Assembly (NCBI GenBank): GCA_002269645.1
Contig: NIVC01003412.1
Coordinates: 1 to 64,000 of the forward strand
Reading direction: 5' to 3'
Source: Macrostomum lignano
Taxonomy: Eukaryota
DNA: 64,000 nt
Under the pieces are notes generated by a model. That model worked only from the letters and a program-made list of their open reading frames with translations. It ran no database searches and had not been told where the DNA came from. Below are positions 1 through 12,067 of the stretch, one piece after another. The position numbers and the translations under genes were made by a program. The stretch's first letter is position 1; every line of letters starts with the position of its first letter.

Positions 1-129
1 AGAAAGAAGCGATGGAGGAAAAGCTGCTGCAGGAATTACCGGTAGGGAAGAACGGTGATAAAAACCAGTGATAAAATAACTGTGATAGAGGAAATGGTGA
101 TAAAGGAACCGGTGATTGGACCGGTGATA

Positions 130-945
130 CAACTGTGATGATAGAACCGGTAGAGGAAGAACCGGTAGAGAAGGACCGGTAGAGGAAGAACCGGTAGAGG
201 AAGAACCGGTAGAGGAAGGACCGGTAGAGGAAGAACCGGTAGAGGAAGAACCGGTAGAGGAAGGACCGGTAGAGGAAGAACCGGTAGAGGAAGAACCGGT
301 AGAGAAGAACCGGTAGAGGAAGAACCGGTAGAGGAAGAACCGGTAGAGGAAGAACCGGTAGAGGAAGGACCGGTAGAGGAAGAACGGTAGAGAAGGACCA
401 GTAGAGGAAGGACCGGTAGAGGAAGAACCGGTAGAGGAAGAACCAGTAGAGGAAGAACCGGTAGAGGAAGAACCGGTAGAGGAAGGACCGGTAGAGGAAG
501 AACCGGTAGAGGAAGATCCGGTAGAGGAAGAACCGGTAGAGGAAGAACCGGTAGAGGAAGGACCGGTAGAGGAAGAACCGGTAGAGGAAGATCCGGTAGA
601 GGAAGAACCGGTAGAGGAAGAACCGGTAGAGGAAGAACCGGTAGAGGAAGAACCGGTAGAGGAAGAACCGGTAGAGGAAGATCCGGTAGAGGAAGAACCG
701 GTAGAGGAAGGACCGGTAGAGGAAGAACCGGTAGAGGAAGATCCGGTAGAGGAAGAACCGGTAGAGGAAGAACCGGTAGAGGAAGAACCGGTAGAGGAAG
801 GACCGGTAGAGGAAGAACCGGTAGAGGAAGAACCGGTAGAGGAAGATCCGGTAGAGGAAGAACCGGTAGAGGAAGAACCGGTAGAGGAAGAACCGGTAGA
901 GGAAGGACCGGTAGAGGAAGAACCGGTAGAGGAAGGACCGGTGAA
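130..945 (+). repeat. 15-bp minisatellite (GAACCGGTAGAGGAA)n, over 50 copies
   Basis: Direct tandem unit with GAA/GGA/GAT variants and a few 1-nt deletions; accounts for the (PVL)n ORF 36..992. Confidence 0.95.
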
Positions 946-1415
946 GCAAGAACCGAGAAGGAAAGAACCGGTGCGATGTGACAATATTGCATTTGGGACG
1001 CTCCGTTGAATAACTGAATAGTAAATAAATAAATTTGAAAGTGCTCCCTACTATCCCTCCCTCCCTCTATCAGTAGAGCAAGGTGTGCATGAGTTCAAAA
1101 CGGACAGATTCTGAAAAACATCTCTGGCGAACCTCTAGCTTCAAGATGCCCGAGAGAACTATTTTTCACAAGTCAGAAAATGTGTTGCTAATTTTTTTAG
1201 AAGCATCTGCCGCCCATTCGGAGAGTAGTTGCAGAGGATCCGCGGGAACTCTTTCAAAAAGATGCGCTTTGCTTGCATCTTATCTGCATCTGTTCCTGGG
1301 CGGAAACTTTGAGAGCTCAAACTGAATAAGGGATCGGGATGTCTTCCGCCACACCTGCTCTAGCAGAGTAGCTGACAGGCGCCTTGCAGCAAATCCATGT
1401 TCCTTTGCCTGTGCT

Positions 1416-1664
1416 GATCTCTCTCTGATCTCTCTCTGATCTCTCTCTGATCTCTCTCTGATCTCTCTCTGATCTCTCTCTGATCTCTCTCTGATCTCTC
1501 TCTGATCTCTCTCTGATCTCTCTCTGATCTCTCTCTGATCTCTCTCTGATCTCTCTCTGATCTCTCTCTGATCTCTCTCTGATCTCTCTCTGATCTCTCT
1601 CTGATCTCTCTCTGATCTCTCTCTGATCTCTCTCTGATCTCTCTCTGATCTCTCTCTGATCTCT
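1416..1664 (+). repeat. 12-bp tandem repeat (TGATCTCTCTCT)n
   Basis: About 20 near-perfect units; accounts for ORF 1317..1673. Confidence 0.95.
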
Positions 1665-2039
1665 CCGTCTCAAGTAAAAGCTGTTTTCTCTTTCACCGCC
1701 GTCACTAAAGCAATCTGCAGTGACTGAGCTGGGGCGTGATTTTTTGCTCTAAGGCATCTGCGTTGATTAGCAGAATCCCCTCACCCACAGTTGACTAGGA
1801 AGCTGCATCCTACATTAGTAGATCCCCAAGGCGATTTCCAAGAAACCCATGGTTCTAAGAAACTATGGCTCCCAGAACACATTCGGTATTGACAGAAAAA
1901 GAACTTTTTTTGTCGTAGAGATCTGGAAAAGCTGTACTAGGCCGAACATATGGAATGATTGATCTCCTTGGATGGATAGAATAAAGCTAAGACGGACAAA
2001 ATATAGATAGAGTGGGAGAGAGATACAACGGGAGAAAAA

Positions 2040-2660
2040 ATAACGGGAGGGAGATAGAATGGCAGGGAGATAGAACGGGTGAGAGATAGAACGAAGAGAG
2101 ATAGAAAGGGAGAGAGATAGAACGGGAGAGATAGAACGGGAGAGAGATAGAACGGGAGAGAGATAGAACGGGAGATAGAACGGGAGAGAGATAGAACGGG
2201 AGGGATAGAACGGGAGATAGAACGGGAGATAGAACGGGAGAGAGATAGAACGGGAGAGAGATAGAACGGGAGAGAGATAGAACGGGAGATAGAACGGGAG
2301 AGAGATAGAACGGGAGGGAGATAGAACGGAGAGAGATAGAACGGGAGAGAGATAGAACGGGAGATAGAACGGGAGGGAGATAGAACGGGAGAGAGATAGA
2401 ACGGGAGAGAGATAGAACGGGAGAGAGATAGAACGGGAGAGAGATAGAACGGGAGAGAGATAGAACGGGAGGGAGATAGAACGGGAGATAGGTACGAGTA
2501 CGTTCTATCTCTCGTAGAACGGTAGAGCGATAGAACAGGAGGGAGATAGAACGGGAGATAGATAGAACGGGAGGGAGATAGAACGGGAGGGAGATAGAAC
2601 GGGAGGGAGATAGAACGGGAGGGAGATAGAACGGCAGGGAGATAAGACTAGTGAGAGATA
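2040..2660 (+). repeat. GA-rich minisatellite, GAGATAGAACGG(GA)n, 12-16 bp units
   Basis: Repeated ATAGAACGG core with variable GA spacer. Confidence 0.9.
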
Positions 2661-3303
2661 TAACGAGAGGACAGAGACTAATTGTGGGAGATTTTCAAAA
2701 CGGGAGAGTGGAAATCAGACAAAAGACAGAAACACAGAAATAGAACACTGAGGATGATGGACAGAAGAGACGACAGAGAAATTTATGGAAGAAAGTTATA
2801 GGAGGAGCTTTAAACAGAGAAAAAGATTGACAGGTTTAGAGAATGAACAGAAAAATCGCTGAAAAAAGCAAGGCAAAAATAGCAATCTGCTCGTAAAAAA
2901 AGTAGTCAAAAAGAGCAGCCTGGGACCACTATCGAATTTCTAAAGCACAACCGCTGGCTTCAGAAATATGCAGCGATGGAGACTGAACTACATTTGGAGT
3001 GGCGCTGTCGTCAACAGCAGATATTTATGAGCATAGCCCATATGAGCTCAAATCCATAGCCTCAATCAGAGTCAGTAATCGCACTCGATCCCTGGCTGCT
3101 AGGGGGATGCTAGGGTGGAGCAATCTGTCACGCAAAGACCATCTGTCCCTGCGTTGTTCTGTCTCTGCCGCGCCAGGGAGTATCACAGATAGTTATCTGG
3201 AGTGACAATATAACATTACTATAGAATTATCATTACAGAATTTCGACATTGTCAATCACTTTTCCAGGCTTGACTATGATCTTTTTTGAGGAATCAATCA
3301 GTG

Positions 3304-3525
3304 AGGGATTTTAGCCAAGTGGTTAGAGCGTCGAACTCATGACTTAAAGGTCGGAGGTTCGATTCTTGACCTACTACTAGTAAAAATTTGTGTCCTCATT
3401 GAGCAAGGCACTTAACTCTTCCATTGCTTCAGTTCATGCACCCAGCTGTAAAATGGGTACCAGCATTAGCTGGGTAATTGAGGGTGTGTGTGGCGACTCC
3501 CCAGCCTTCAGAGCCTTCAGATGCT
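3304..3525 (+). mobile_element. tRNA-derived SINE family 1 (CORE-like body), copy 1
   Basis: A-box TAGCCAAGTGG and B-box GGTTCGATTC, then GTGTCCTCATTGAGCAAGGCACTTAACTC...CACCCAGCTGTAAAATGGGT; homologous to four other copies in the window. Confidence 0.85.
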
Positions 3526-4179
3526 AAGGTGATCCCGCTATTAATCTAACAATCAATGAAGTTTAGTCTGGAATTTTCCAAGCCAGTGTTAAGTTCGATA
3601 AGGGAAATGTATTTTGGTCAAGCAGATTTCTCTGGACACGGCAAGCAGACCAGAGTGGAAACAAAAGTCTGCATCGTCCCTATCCAGATTAAAATGAACT
3701 TTAGTCTATGGCTTCACTCTCTACCCATCAGCGAATCAAAAACAGGCTTGACCATAGACAATCTCTACTCAACTCTGACACCCAGCCTATCGCAAATAAA
3801 CCAATTGCATTGTCACATTGTCACATAGAGTCGGAGGTTAATTCGGATTGCTGAATTTAGAAACTAAAAGGGATGTGTATGAAGAGATTTCACCTTCTGA
3901 CTTCTCGGATGTATTGTAGCTTCGTGCAGTCGTGTACGATTGAACGACGGCGGGGTCAAAAAGCGACACGGCTCAGCTCGATTTGCTGGATTGAATGTTC
4001 GTTCTCACTGGCCCGGGTGGACTTTAGTTTTCTGTGCTTGACATGAACCAACGCTCTACCATACCAGTTTTCAGCCTTTTGACAGTGAATGTCTATGGCC
4101 AAAATACTCTCGATTCAGCCAGAGCCATGCTGACGAGACTGTCTATGGTAATTATTTGCTTGGATTGAGTAATTATAAT

Positions 4180-4411
4180 TATAATAACTAATTACACCTG
4201 CCATAATGGCCAAATATCCAGATATGAAGGCTGCGTTCGGCTGTTCAGTCTAAGGACTGGGGGGGGGGTCGCCACACACCCTCAATTACCCCAGCTAATG
4301 CTGGCACCCAAGAGTCTTGCTCAATGAGGACACAAATTGTTACGAGTAGCTCGAGAATCGAACCCCCGACCTTTCAGTCGTGAGTCCGCCGCCACCACTG
4401 GGCTACAACCC
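4180..4411 (-). mobile_element. SINE family 1, copy 2 (internal deletions)
   Basis: Reverse complement matches the tRNA head and body of the 3304 and 22305 copies. Confidence 0.8.
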
Positions 4412-5199
4412 AACACCCTCTTGGCTTGTAACACGATCGGTACAGCATGCATCAGATTTACAGCGTATTTTAAATCAGCTCTCCTGGGTGCAGGTGCAAA
4501 GGCTAGTCCTTAAAATAAGCAGAAGTTGTTAGAAACCAGAGACAGCACCTGTTCCTGACTGTAATCCGATGCTACAGATGCTGTCTCTGACCATTTTCTG
4601 TCAGTTGTGCAAAGCTTACTTCTTCTTAATTTCAAGGGTTATAGATCCTGTACCCAGTGGTTGAATCAAATGTAGTTTTGGACTGATAAAATTTCACAGA
4701 TTTTTTAAGTATGCAACGCACTTCGAGCACAGAGCATACTTGTACCGAACAGGAACTAATTAAAATGGTTAAAAAAAGACTTTAATGTGAAATATTTTTG
4801 AAATTTTGATATCGTGAATTCGTCAAAATTGCTAATGGAGCCGCCAAACCAGATTTCTTTAAATAAGCGTCTCTGTCCGTGCTTTCCTTTATTCGATCTC
4901 GTCCCCTTTCTATTTGATAAAATTTCTCAACAAATCTGCTTCAGGACCCTGGATTGTTGAGCGTATTTTTCATTCCCATTAGTCCTTTGCAAACTGAATA
5001 ATCAGTTTTGATGGCTTTCTGACCCATAGTTGTACTTTTCCCTGAAACAAATCCATATTGCTAAAATTTTAGTGCAGTTTCATAGTCTAATATAAAGACT
5101 GCGCCACATATCGGGAATTGGCTTATGTCTGCTTGTAGGTTATCGTGTAGGTAGAGAGAGGTAAAGAGAAAGATAGGTAAGAAAAAGATAGCGAAAGGT

Positions 5200-5272
<73 letters not shown>

Positions 5273-6010
5273 CAGAGAGAGAGACAGAGAGAGAGAGACA
5301 GAGAGAGAGAGACAGAGAGAGAGACAGAGAGAGAGACAGAGAGAGAGACAGAGAGAGAGAGACAGAGAGAGAGACAGAGAGAGAGAGGCAGAGAGAGAGA
5401 CAGAGAGAGAGACAGAGAGAGAGAGACAGAGAGAGAGACAGAGAGAGAGAGACAGAGAGAGAGAGAGAGACAGAGAGAGAGAGACAGAGAGAGAGAGACA
5501 GAGAGAGAGAGAGACAGAGAGAGAGACAGAGAGAGAGAGACAGAGAGAGAGAGGCAGAGAGAGAGAGACAGAGAGAGAGAGAGACAGAGAGAGAGAGGCA
5601 GAGAGAGAGACAGAGAGAGAGAGGCAGAGAGAGAGAGACAGAGAGAGAGAGGCAGAGAGAGAGAGACAGAGAGAGAGAGACAGAGAGAGAGAGGCAGAGA
5701 GAGAGAGACAGAGAGAGAGAGGCAGAGAGAGAGACAGAGAGAGAGAGGCAGAGAGAGAGAGGCAGAGAGAGAGAGAGGCAGAGAGAGAGAGGCAGAGAGG
5801 AAGACAGAGTTAAGGAGAGTTAGAGAGAGTTGGAGGGATTTAAGGAGAGAGGTGGAGAGGTAAAGAGACTAGTTGGTAGAGAGAGGGGTAGAGAGAGAGG
5901 TAGAGAGAGAGGTAGAGAGGTAGAGAGAGAGGTAGAGAGATGTAGAGAGGTAGAGAGGTAGAGAGGTAGAGAGAGAAGTAGAGAGAGAGAGGTAGAGAGA
6001 AATGTAGAGG
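5200..6010 (+). repeat. (GA)n microsatellite with GAC/GGC/GGTA interruptions
   Basis: Direct inspection. Confidence 0.95.
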
Positions 6011-6482
6011 GAGAGGTAAGGTGAGTGGCTAAGGTGAGAGTTAGAGAGATCGGTTGGCAGAGAGAGTTTGAGAGAGGTAAAGCGAGTGTAAGTGCAACTT
6101 GTTGTTGCTTATTTTATTTCTCCCCTTCTCTTCTTTCCATTTCCTGATTCCTATTTTAGTTTACAAAAAATGCCCCCAGGGAACCTGTAATTATCAGATT
6201 CCCCCCCTGGCAGTTTTCTAATAATAAAATAGTCAGTTTTGATTTTGCCCTGCTCGAGCAGCATTCGACATGGGCCATTGCACGCAAGAAAAATTTGCTG
6301 TCTTAAGGATGAGAATTAGTACATTTTTCCCTTCAAGTGCTGCCCGAGCGGAAATCCATTAGGGTTAGGCTTATTTTATGCTTGTTTCATGGGCAACTGC
6401 CTAGGCCAGAGAGAGGCGATGCTCTCCCCGAGGGTTACTTGTTTGTACTATTCCAAAGAAATACTACAAAACTTATCAACTA

Positions 6483-7465
<983 letters not shown>

Positions 7466-7531
7466 CAATTCTATAACTATTTTCGTTGTAAGTGTGAAGC
7501 CCAAAATTTGTTGCAATAATTTTTTAATATA

Positions 7532-9090
7532 CTTTTTTGCGATTGAATTCGTCCAAACTGCAAAACCTTTCGTACACTAACGCTTTCTTAATGGGAGCTA
7601 AATTTAGATTATACCATAGACAACTGTGTTCACGCAAAACGGTTCATCCAGTTTGTAAAACATTTCGTCTAAACCCTTCGTCCAAACAGCTAACAGCTAA
7701 ACGGAGCGACTTTATTTGATATCACGAGATATTGAACAAAGCAAAAACAGTGTCTCTTGTTAGAATGTTAGTTCAAAATGTCTTCGTAGTCCAAACAGCG
7801 GCCGTAGTAACCCACAGTGTGATTGGTCCATTGCTGGCAGTTCTCCTGTGTAATCACGTGCAGTGCAGCTTCGACCTCTCTCTTCAAAATGTGCATCCGC
7901 CAGGCATGCAGAGTCAGGTTCGCAGCAGCAGCAGCTTGCCGATTAGAGAGCTCGTGCTGAATAGCGGGAACTGACAGTGCACTCTTCACTGATGCCTTCA
8001 GGGAAGACCCTGCGCGCTCAGTTGGGTTGAGATACGGTGAGTACGGTGGCAATTGATAGGTGCTGTGTTGCGGTGAAAGTCCAGAGACTTGAAGGTGAGC
8101 GCGGGCCCCATCAAAGATCACCACCCACTCAGCCTCCACCAGGACATCCAGCTCTACTAAGAAGTCTGCAAAATTTTGAGCTCGAAAACCTCCTTCCACC
8201 AGCGCATAGTGAACAAGTCCCCATTGCGGAGATATGGCCAAGCAGAGAGTCAGGTTTTGTCCGCGCTGGCCACATACCGTTCTCACCGCAGGCTGGCCTC
8301 GATATGCCCATCCTTGAGTTCTCGCCGTCCACAGGTTCAGCCCGAACTCATCGAGAAAAATCTGGTTCCTGTCGTGTCCTTCGTTCATCATCCACTGTGC
8401 GTACTCACATCTCGCCACCTTCACAACTGGGTCGTTCCAATCAAACGTAATCTGCCTAGCCAGCTTCAAAGTCACCAGCTGTTTGTCAAGTGCTCGACTT
8501 ATGGTTGAGACATGAGGAAGTTGACCTTCGTTGCCAAGTTGCATCAGATGGTTCCGCATCATTTGTAATGTCGCGGACGGGTTTGCCTCGAGGAACTCGA
8601 TGATTGACTCAATCTGCTGCTCTTGCAGTTGCTTCGGACGGCCACCTGCTGATGGAAGCTTCTCAATGCCCCCGGTTTGAACGTAGGTGTCGACAATCGT
8701 TTTGGCTGTCTTTCTCTTGATCCCAAGGATATCGGCCAGTTGTTTCCAATCGCGGCCTTCTTCAACAGCCAAGGCTAATCGCCTGCGGTCTTCGTTTGAC
8801 ACTGGATGGTAGGGGCCTCGGTTCATCTTCGACTGTTTTGCCGGGTTCAGAATGGAAGATATGCGTTGCTGTAGCTGAAGTGGTAGCAAAAGCGAACTGT
8901 CAATTGGGTGTTAACTATGGTAGGAACAGTACACTCGGTCTCTAGTCTAGGGGACGAAATGTTTTACAAACTGGATGAACCGTTTTGCGTGAACACAGTT
9001 GTCTATGGTATGATCTAAATTTAGCTACCATTAAGAAAGCATTTGTGGACGAAAGGTTTTGCAGTTTGGACGAATTCAATCGCAAAAAAG
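7532..9090 (-). mobile_element. Tc1/IS630-like DNA transposon, 1559 bp, 138-bp TIRs, TA target duplication
   Basis: TIRs 7532-7669 and 8953-9090 (5 mismatches), TA at 7530-31 and 9091-92, internal transposase ORF. Confidence 0.92.
7768..8826 (-). CDS. Tc1/mariner-superfamily DDE transposase, 352 aa from the ATG at 8826
   Basis: N-terminal HTH-like region; catalytic motifs IFLDEFG, VIFDGARAH, LPPYSPYLNPTE; no stop codons. Confidence 0.9.
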   Translation of the reverse strand: MNRGPYHPVSNEDRRRLALAVEEGRDWKQLADILGIKRKTAKTIVDTYVQTGGIEKLPSAGGRPKQLQEQQIESIIEFLEANPSATLQMMRNHLMQLGNEGQLPHVSTISRALDKQLVTLKLARQITFDWNDPVVKVARCEYAQWMMNEGHDRNQIFLDEFGLNLWTARTQGWAYRGQPAVRTVCGQRGQNLTLCLAISPQWGLVHYALVEGGFRAQNFADFLVELDVLVEAEWVVIFDGARAHLQVSGLSPQHSTYQLPPYSPYLNPTERAGSSLKASVKSALSVPAIQHELSNRQAAAAANLTLHAWRMHILKREVEAALHVITQENCQQWTNHTVGYYGRCLDYEDILN

Positions 9091-9244
9091 TATATTTTAA
9101 ATTTCTGTAAAAGTACAAATATATAGAATAACAAACTTCTAGATTTCGCGAAGAAATTTCCGCTTTTGTCTTTTGCTACTTAAACGACGTTAAAGACTAT
9201 GTGCATGACTTTCAATTTTTTAAACAAATAACAGGTCATTATTA

Positions 9245-9273
9245 TTATAGTTATTGTTGTTACTATTATTATT

Positions 9274-9304
<31 letters not shown>

Positions 9305-9305
9305 A

Positions 9306-9357
<52 letters not shown>

Positions 9358-9488
9358 GTTCTTATTGCTAGTATTATTATTACAATTATTATTATTAGTA
9401 TTATTATTATTATTTATTTATTATTATTAATATTACTATTATTATTATTGTTCTTATTGCTAGTATTATTATTACAATTGTTATTATT

Positions 9489-9535
<47 letters not shown>

Positions 9536-9536
9536 C
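9245..9536 (+). repeat. (ATT)n microsatellite, probably the (AAT)n 3' tail of the adjacent minus-strand LINE
   Basis: Lies directly downstream of the LINE C-terminal coding remnant on the minus strand. Confidence 0.85.
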
Positions 9537-10960
9537 AGTTGCGCACACAAAAAAGTGCTGATTTTGATTACATTTTTTGAAAATATAAAAAATCGAAGTG
9601 GAGTAAAAAAAGAAACGATCGACAAGAAAAAAGTAACGATAGTCGAATTGTACAAAGATGAATAGCACCAGTTCTTTATTCTCTTGTACCATTAGGTACA
9701 TGCACTTGTCCTCTGCGGTGAGATTCGCAAGGCTTGAGCAATTGCAGATATGTCTTCTATAAATTTCTCCCAGGTTGAACTGCATGGATTCCATTGACAC
9801 TTGAACAGAAAATGAACTTCGTTTTCTACTTCTGCGCGACACTCTGTGCAGATCAGCTGTCTTCGTAGGGAATTTTAGGTCTTGCAGTCTTTAGTGTTTC
9901 ACATAATAAGTTGTGATTGCCCAGACGAAAGTGGGATAGGGGGCTCCTACTTTCAGGGCTCAAAAATTGCAAATAATTTTCCATGGTGAAGTCTGTCTTA
10001 AAATTATAATAGAAATGCTTGAGTCGATTTCTCGACCCTTTTTCTCATGTCTCCAGAATTCAGCTTCAAAGTTCACCCTGTTTCTATACTCGTATTTGTG
10101 GCTTCGGTTCTGGTGGTTAATTGGCAGTTTTGCATCACGTTGCCATTCATCTTTGCCTTAATGCCACAGCCGCTGTACGTTGATTCGTTTACTATTTTCC
10201 AGATAACAGAGTCTTGACGGTTGCACAGTGAGGCCCAATACTGAATACTCTCTTCTGTATGTTGTACAGAAGAGGAAGTGTACCCAGTTCTGATCGCGAG
10301 CCGTTGTTGTCAGTGTTTTGTTTTAGCTGGAGCAAATCCTGAAGTTTATTCTGTAAGAGACGCGACTTAAGCTTCAGACATGAAGTATATTTTGCCACTC
10401 ACAATGCGATGTGCTCAAATTAAATAGTTGCGAAGAAAGCGATCGATAGGCGTAAAAGCTACCCACCCCTAAGGGGTGGAGTACCTGTACACTCGCGAGA
10501 TGTACAACCACGAAGGCTAGCGCTGGAGAGTTGTGCGTGCCTCACCACAAGGATCTCACAATTCTTTCGATTGGACATCTATCCAATGGTCCCAGATACC
10601 AGGACATAAAAGCTCCCCAAGCTTCTGAGGCATAAAGCACTATGCTCTCTATGATGGCCGTGCACAATTTGACGAGTTGCTTGAGTTTGACTTTTTGAAA
10701 CCTAAATAGTTTTCTAATAAACATCTTATTAAGTTCTTTGGAATGCCAGTCAATTTTTCCCTTTGCGTTTATTTGGAAGCCCAGGTATTTCCATTCATGG
10801 ACGGATTACTAAACGAAAAACAATCGCACTGTATCCTTAGGGAAGTACATGCAGCTTATTAACATTGTTTTCTGCATGTTAATCTCTAGCTTCTGGGTTT
10901 GACAGAATTCAGAAATTTTGTCAAGGCCCTTTTGCAGTTCTCGCAAATCTTCGCTTATAA

Positions 10961-11432
10961 TTCTGGTAGAACAGCACGCTTGATAATGAGAAGTTAAAGA
11001 AAGGAGATTGCGAGCATTTTCATTAGAACGACATGTTTCGCCTAACTTTAGGCATCATCGGGCCAAATTGGAATTTATTTACGTTAAATGAAGCTATGTA
11101 CATTAAAAACTGTCAACCAACTTTAAATAAACAGTTGGGTTATTCCGGGGCCGGTGCTCTCCTGAGAGTGTTCTAACGTACAACCACTACCCGGCTCTCT
11201 CTCTCTCTCTCTCTTTCTCTCTTCTCTTTCTCTGTCTGTCTCGGTTTGATCTGTTGACTCCCCCCGTGTTTTGTTATTACAATTTTGTGCATCACTGACT
11301 ATCTGCCACAGAAATGTATTTATACTCTACGTTTTGACTTAAATTAAATAAATTCCAATTTGGCCCGATGATGCCTAAAGTTAGGCGAAACATGTCGTTC
11401 TAATGAAAATGCTCGCAATCTCCTTTCTTTTA
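10961..11432 (+). mobile_element. 5'-truncated Penelope-like element with inverted pLTR
   Basis: 12-bp TSD CTTCGCTTATAA (10949-60, 11433-44); 86-bp inverted repeat 10996-11081 / 11345-11430; GIY-YIG-like C-terminus LNEAMYIKNCQPTLNKQLG at 11084-11176. Confidence 0.85.
11365..11396 (+). ncRNA. Minimal hammerhead-ribozyme-like motif (second copy on the minus strand at about 11030-11061)
   Basis: CCGATGA-T-GCCTA(AAGT)TAGGC-GAAAC-AT-GTC: variant core, 5-bp stem II, palindromic ACATGT stem III; stem I weak. Confidence 0.6.
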
Positions 11433-12067
11433 CTTCGCTTATAAAGATACACGAGCGGTCTAGCAACGTCCACCTGACTTCGTCCAATGCAAGATTTTCT
11501 TCTGTTTCTCATGGAATCACTAACATGCGAGTGTACATCTAATGTTCAGTTGGCAGGAAGTTAAATGAGCAAAAGGAAAGGCCTTGCTTACGGTTATACA
11601 ACCTGCAATGATCGGCATGGTCAAGTCGAACACACTACTAAAGTAGAAATTCTATCTGATATTCTCTAATCTGATTGCTAATTTGCTGCAACTTGGCTAT
11701 ATGAACAGCTGGGAGGGAAGTGTTCTACAGGAAAACTAATCCAAGTGTACAATCCAAGCCAAGCGTACACCATAGGACCGGAATATGTGTGCGCAATGGA
11801 CTATACAGCTAATGTACATTGCTGGGAAATTTAACCAAATTGATTTTCCTACCCAGCACGCTTTTGAAAGAGTTCATAGAGGAACTACTTCAAGTGTACA
11901 GTTCTGTGCATGTATTTTAGGAGTAGACGAGAAAAGCGGAACTATGACGAAATTTCTTAGCCAAGAAGGTTGATATTCTAAAAAAATTAGACACTTAAAT
12001 CCTGCAAACGCATTCTGCTTGTTAAAAGAAAAGCAATTTTTTGTAATAAGCAATTTATTAAGCAACC

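Larger units (their letters stand above)
9540..11530 (-). mobile_element. Decayed 5'-truncated LINE (RT C-terminal part plus CCHC motif, RTE-X-like), interrupted by a Penelope-like insertion
   Basis: Minus-strand remnants: ...IFISEDLRELQKGLDKISEFCQTQKLEINMQKT (reads through once 10961-11432 and one TSD copy are removed), IVLYASEAWG, RSELGTLPL, ICTECRAEVENEVHFLFKC; frameshifts and stops. Confidence 0.75.

Noticed and set aside
36-992. 318-aa (PVL)n ORF on the minus strand
   Set aside because: By-product of the 15-bp minisatellite; no unique domain
3304-3380. tRNA genes at 3304, 32595 and 43671
   Set aside because: Acceptor stems are incomplete, anticodon loops differ between copies, and each continues into a SINE body
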